Source: Balanoglossus misakiensis
Taxonomy: Eukaryota > Animalia > Hemichordata
DNA: 64,000 bases
NCBI GenBank assembly: GCA_040954595.2
Contig: CM082589.2
Location: 2,662,075-2,726,074 of the forward strand
Direction: 5' to 3'
The notes under the pieces: generated by a model
Told to the model about the DNA's origin: nothing
The model's input: only the letters and a program-made list of their open reading frames with translations
Database searches by the model: none
Position numbers and translations under genes: made by a program
Shown: piece by piece, positions 61,790 through 64,000 of the stretch
Layout: every line of letters begins with the position of its first letter
Position numbering within the stretch: position 1 is the first letter of the stretch

Positions 61790-63765
61790 TTAATTTTTCA
61801 CCCTCTTGGCTGGTGATGCTGATGATAGACTGTCCGGGCTGGCCGGCCTTTTGCCGCTAGTGTCCGATTGCTTTGAGTCCTGAGGTGTGTGTTTTAATTT
61901 GACTATGATACAAGTCATGTTGTCGCACCCTGTGCCGTCTCCCATTGAGTCTGGCGCCAAACAGTGGTCAAACATCTGTGGAGACAGAGAGAGAGAGAGA
62001 GAGAGTGTGTGAAATTATCTAATCTGTACTATGCAAGATTTCATCATCACCTATGAATACAAATCTCCACACTGTTCAGAGTCCTTTTGAGATGTGTACA
62101 TAATTACCTCTTCACAAATTGATGACAACGTCACACCTTCTTTGCCCATTCTTTCCTTCACAAAGTCGATCGTTTCTTGACTACTCAAAACGTTCCTGCA
62201 AGAGAGAGACAACGGGGGTTACATCATTTCTAGAAATGCCTCATTCTGTGGCATGACATACAATGTAAGTGCAATCAATATTTGAACAGGTGTGATACAA
62301 CTGCAGACAACCAACAATGAACGTCACTCACCAAATTCCATCACAGGCCACCACAATGAATTCGTCCTCAGGAGTAAGTGTAATGGTCTGAATGTCGGGA
62401 AATGCTGAAATCATCTGCTCGTCTGCAGCAAGCTCTTTGTTCTGTTTGTAACAATGATCGCCTGACAATGAAAAAATTAAATGGCATCAGGAGTGATACC
62501 CCCTGGGTGTTTACCACCAGTTTTGGCTAAGGTTATAGATGTAGCCAGGGCTGTAAGTGAGCACAGGGGGTGACTGTCCATGAAACATTCCCACATACCT
62601 ATTGCCCTGGACAGATTAAGACCACCATTGACTCTGCCATCCGAGGTGACTTTCCCGCCCGCCTTCTCGATCCGAAGCCTCTCCGGTTCGTCTTCCGGTT
62701 TGTGGTCGAGGGACATGTCGATGGCTTTCCCACTCCGTGAAACGATGCACCTGGAATCGCCGGCGTTTGCCACGATGAGCTGGTTGCCGCGCATGAGTGC
62801 CACGGTCGCCGTGCATCCACTATCGCTGCCGGGCTGTAGAGATTAAGAACGTAGACATCAGTGTACATACATAACCATCAATCAAAATTATGATCATCCG
62901 CGTATGTATTGTAAACTCAAACAAGAAATTTCCAGTACTCACTTCCTCCTTGTCTGAAAGACCCATAATTCCTTTCACAGCACCACCACTCTCCTCCTCC
63001 TCCTCCTCATCTCCACATCCTTCATCTTCATCATCATCGTCGTCATCTTCATCGTCGTCATCTTCATCATCATCAGATTCTTCAGATTCATCATCCTCAT
63101 CTTTGTCCTCATTTTCATCTTTGTAATCATCGTCATCATCCTCTTCCTCATCCTCCTCAACTAAGAACACAGAAAATGGTCAGAAGACAACAAAACACCA
63201 TGAGGCTCTCATTGTGTTCCTCATAACACACGTCATTTATCTAAATTTTGATTTTAATATTTCTATTTATATCACTCACCAGCATCACCATTTCCTAATC
63301 CTGATTGTCCTGCTACAATTTCCTCTGGCTTTTCAGCCGACTCTTTTGAACCCGTGGAAACCCCATTGGCATCACCATTCCCCGAGAGTGCAGTTTTACC
63401 GTTACATTTTTTCGCCTCACTGTCGGCAACGTCCGATTGGTCACAGTCTGATTTTGTCTGTTTACTGTCACTTTCCTCAGTGTGCGTCTGTTTGTGGTTG
63501 CTCTCCTCCGAGATCTGATCTTTTGTTTTTTGACCGCTGGATTCAGTGTCTTTGTCGCTGTCCTTTCCACTGGCAAGTGCCTCCTTGCTCAGGGGGTTTA
63601 GTCGGCTCTGACTTTTCCGAATGACCGGTGACAGAAGATCTTCTTGGTTGACTTTCTTCCGGAGGGCCTTGGTGTTGGCCTGTTCTTTGAGTTGGTAGCC
63701 ATATTTGGCTAAGAGTTCTGTGAGTGGTAATGTGGCCTCTTCTGTCAGCTTTGTTGTTTCTTCAT
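61790..63765 (-). CDS. PPM1G: protein phosphatase 1G (PP2C gamma), 3' exons, 5' part outside window
   Basis: Exons 63765-63280, 63160-62943, 62833-62599, 62461-62332, 62195-62108, 61975-61790. [15 protein letters not shown], long acidic D/E insert, [55 protein letters not shown]-terminal PAKRVK. Confidence 0.93.
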
Positions 63766-64000
63766 CTGTGAAAGAAAATAAATTGTTAGGAACCTAAAAA
63801 AATTTGAGCAGAGTTTCACACTAAACATGCGTTCTTTTTCATTTTTTTAATGTGGTCAACACTTCTCTCATCTAATTCGTGTTTCCGACCTAAACCCTTC
63901 CCCGGCTACAGAGACAAGACAGAAATCCACCAACCATCATTGTCTGCTGCGTCTGGCTCTTGCATAGTTCCGGAAATTTGCCGGAGTTCTCGGATGATGT

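Noticed and set aside
62943-63160. Extreme Asp/Glu run as a novel feature
   Set aside because: The acidic insert is the known hallmark of PPM1G.

Overview
AT-rich, intron-rich animal genomic DNA, probably from a marine invertebrate (inferred from gene content, not established). Left to right: (1) the 3' part of a Ty3/gypsy LTR retrotransposon (open RT-RNaseH-integrase pol, PPT, short 3' LTR), apparently inside an intron of the next gene; (2) a + strand otoferlin orthologue with about 40 exons from 6811, whose 5' exons lie outside the window; (3) a 5-exon - strand O-fucosyltransferase-family gene; (4) a - strand Sema-PSI-IPT-TM receptor with MET/plexin-like ectodomain but no kinase or GAP domain; (5) a CpG-rich intergenic region; (6) the 3' part of PPM1G on the - strand. 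The most striking feature is a tandem array of six intact, diverged alternative last coding exons of otoferlin (32989-41427). Each encodes a different C-terminal membrane anchor, and the first part of the array is dense in ACTAAC (STAR/QKI-type) motifs. Several frame-preserving candidate microexons and cassette exons, three GC-AG introns and a 5x131-bp duplication of a splice donor were also found. All exon boundaries were read by eye, and comparisons with human proteins are from memory.
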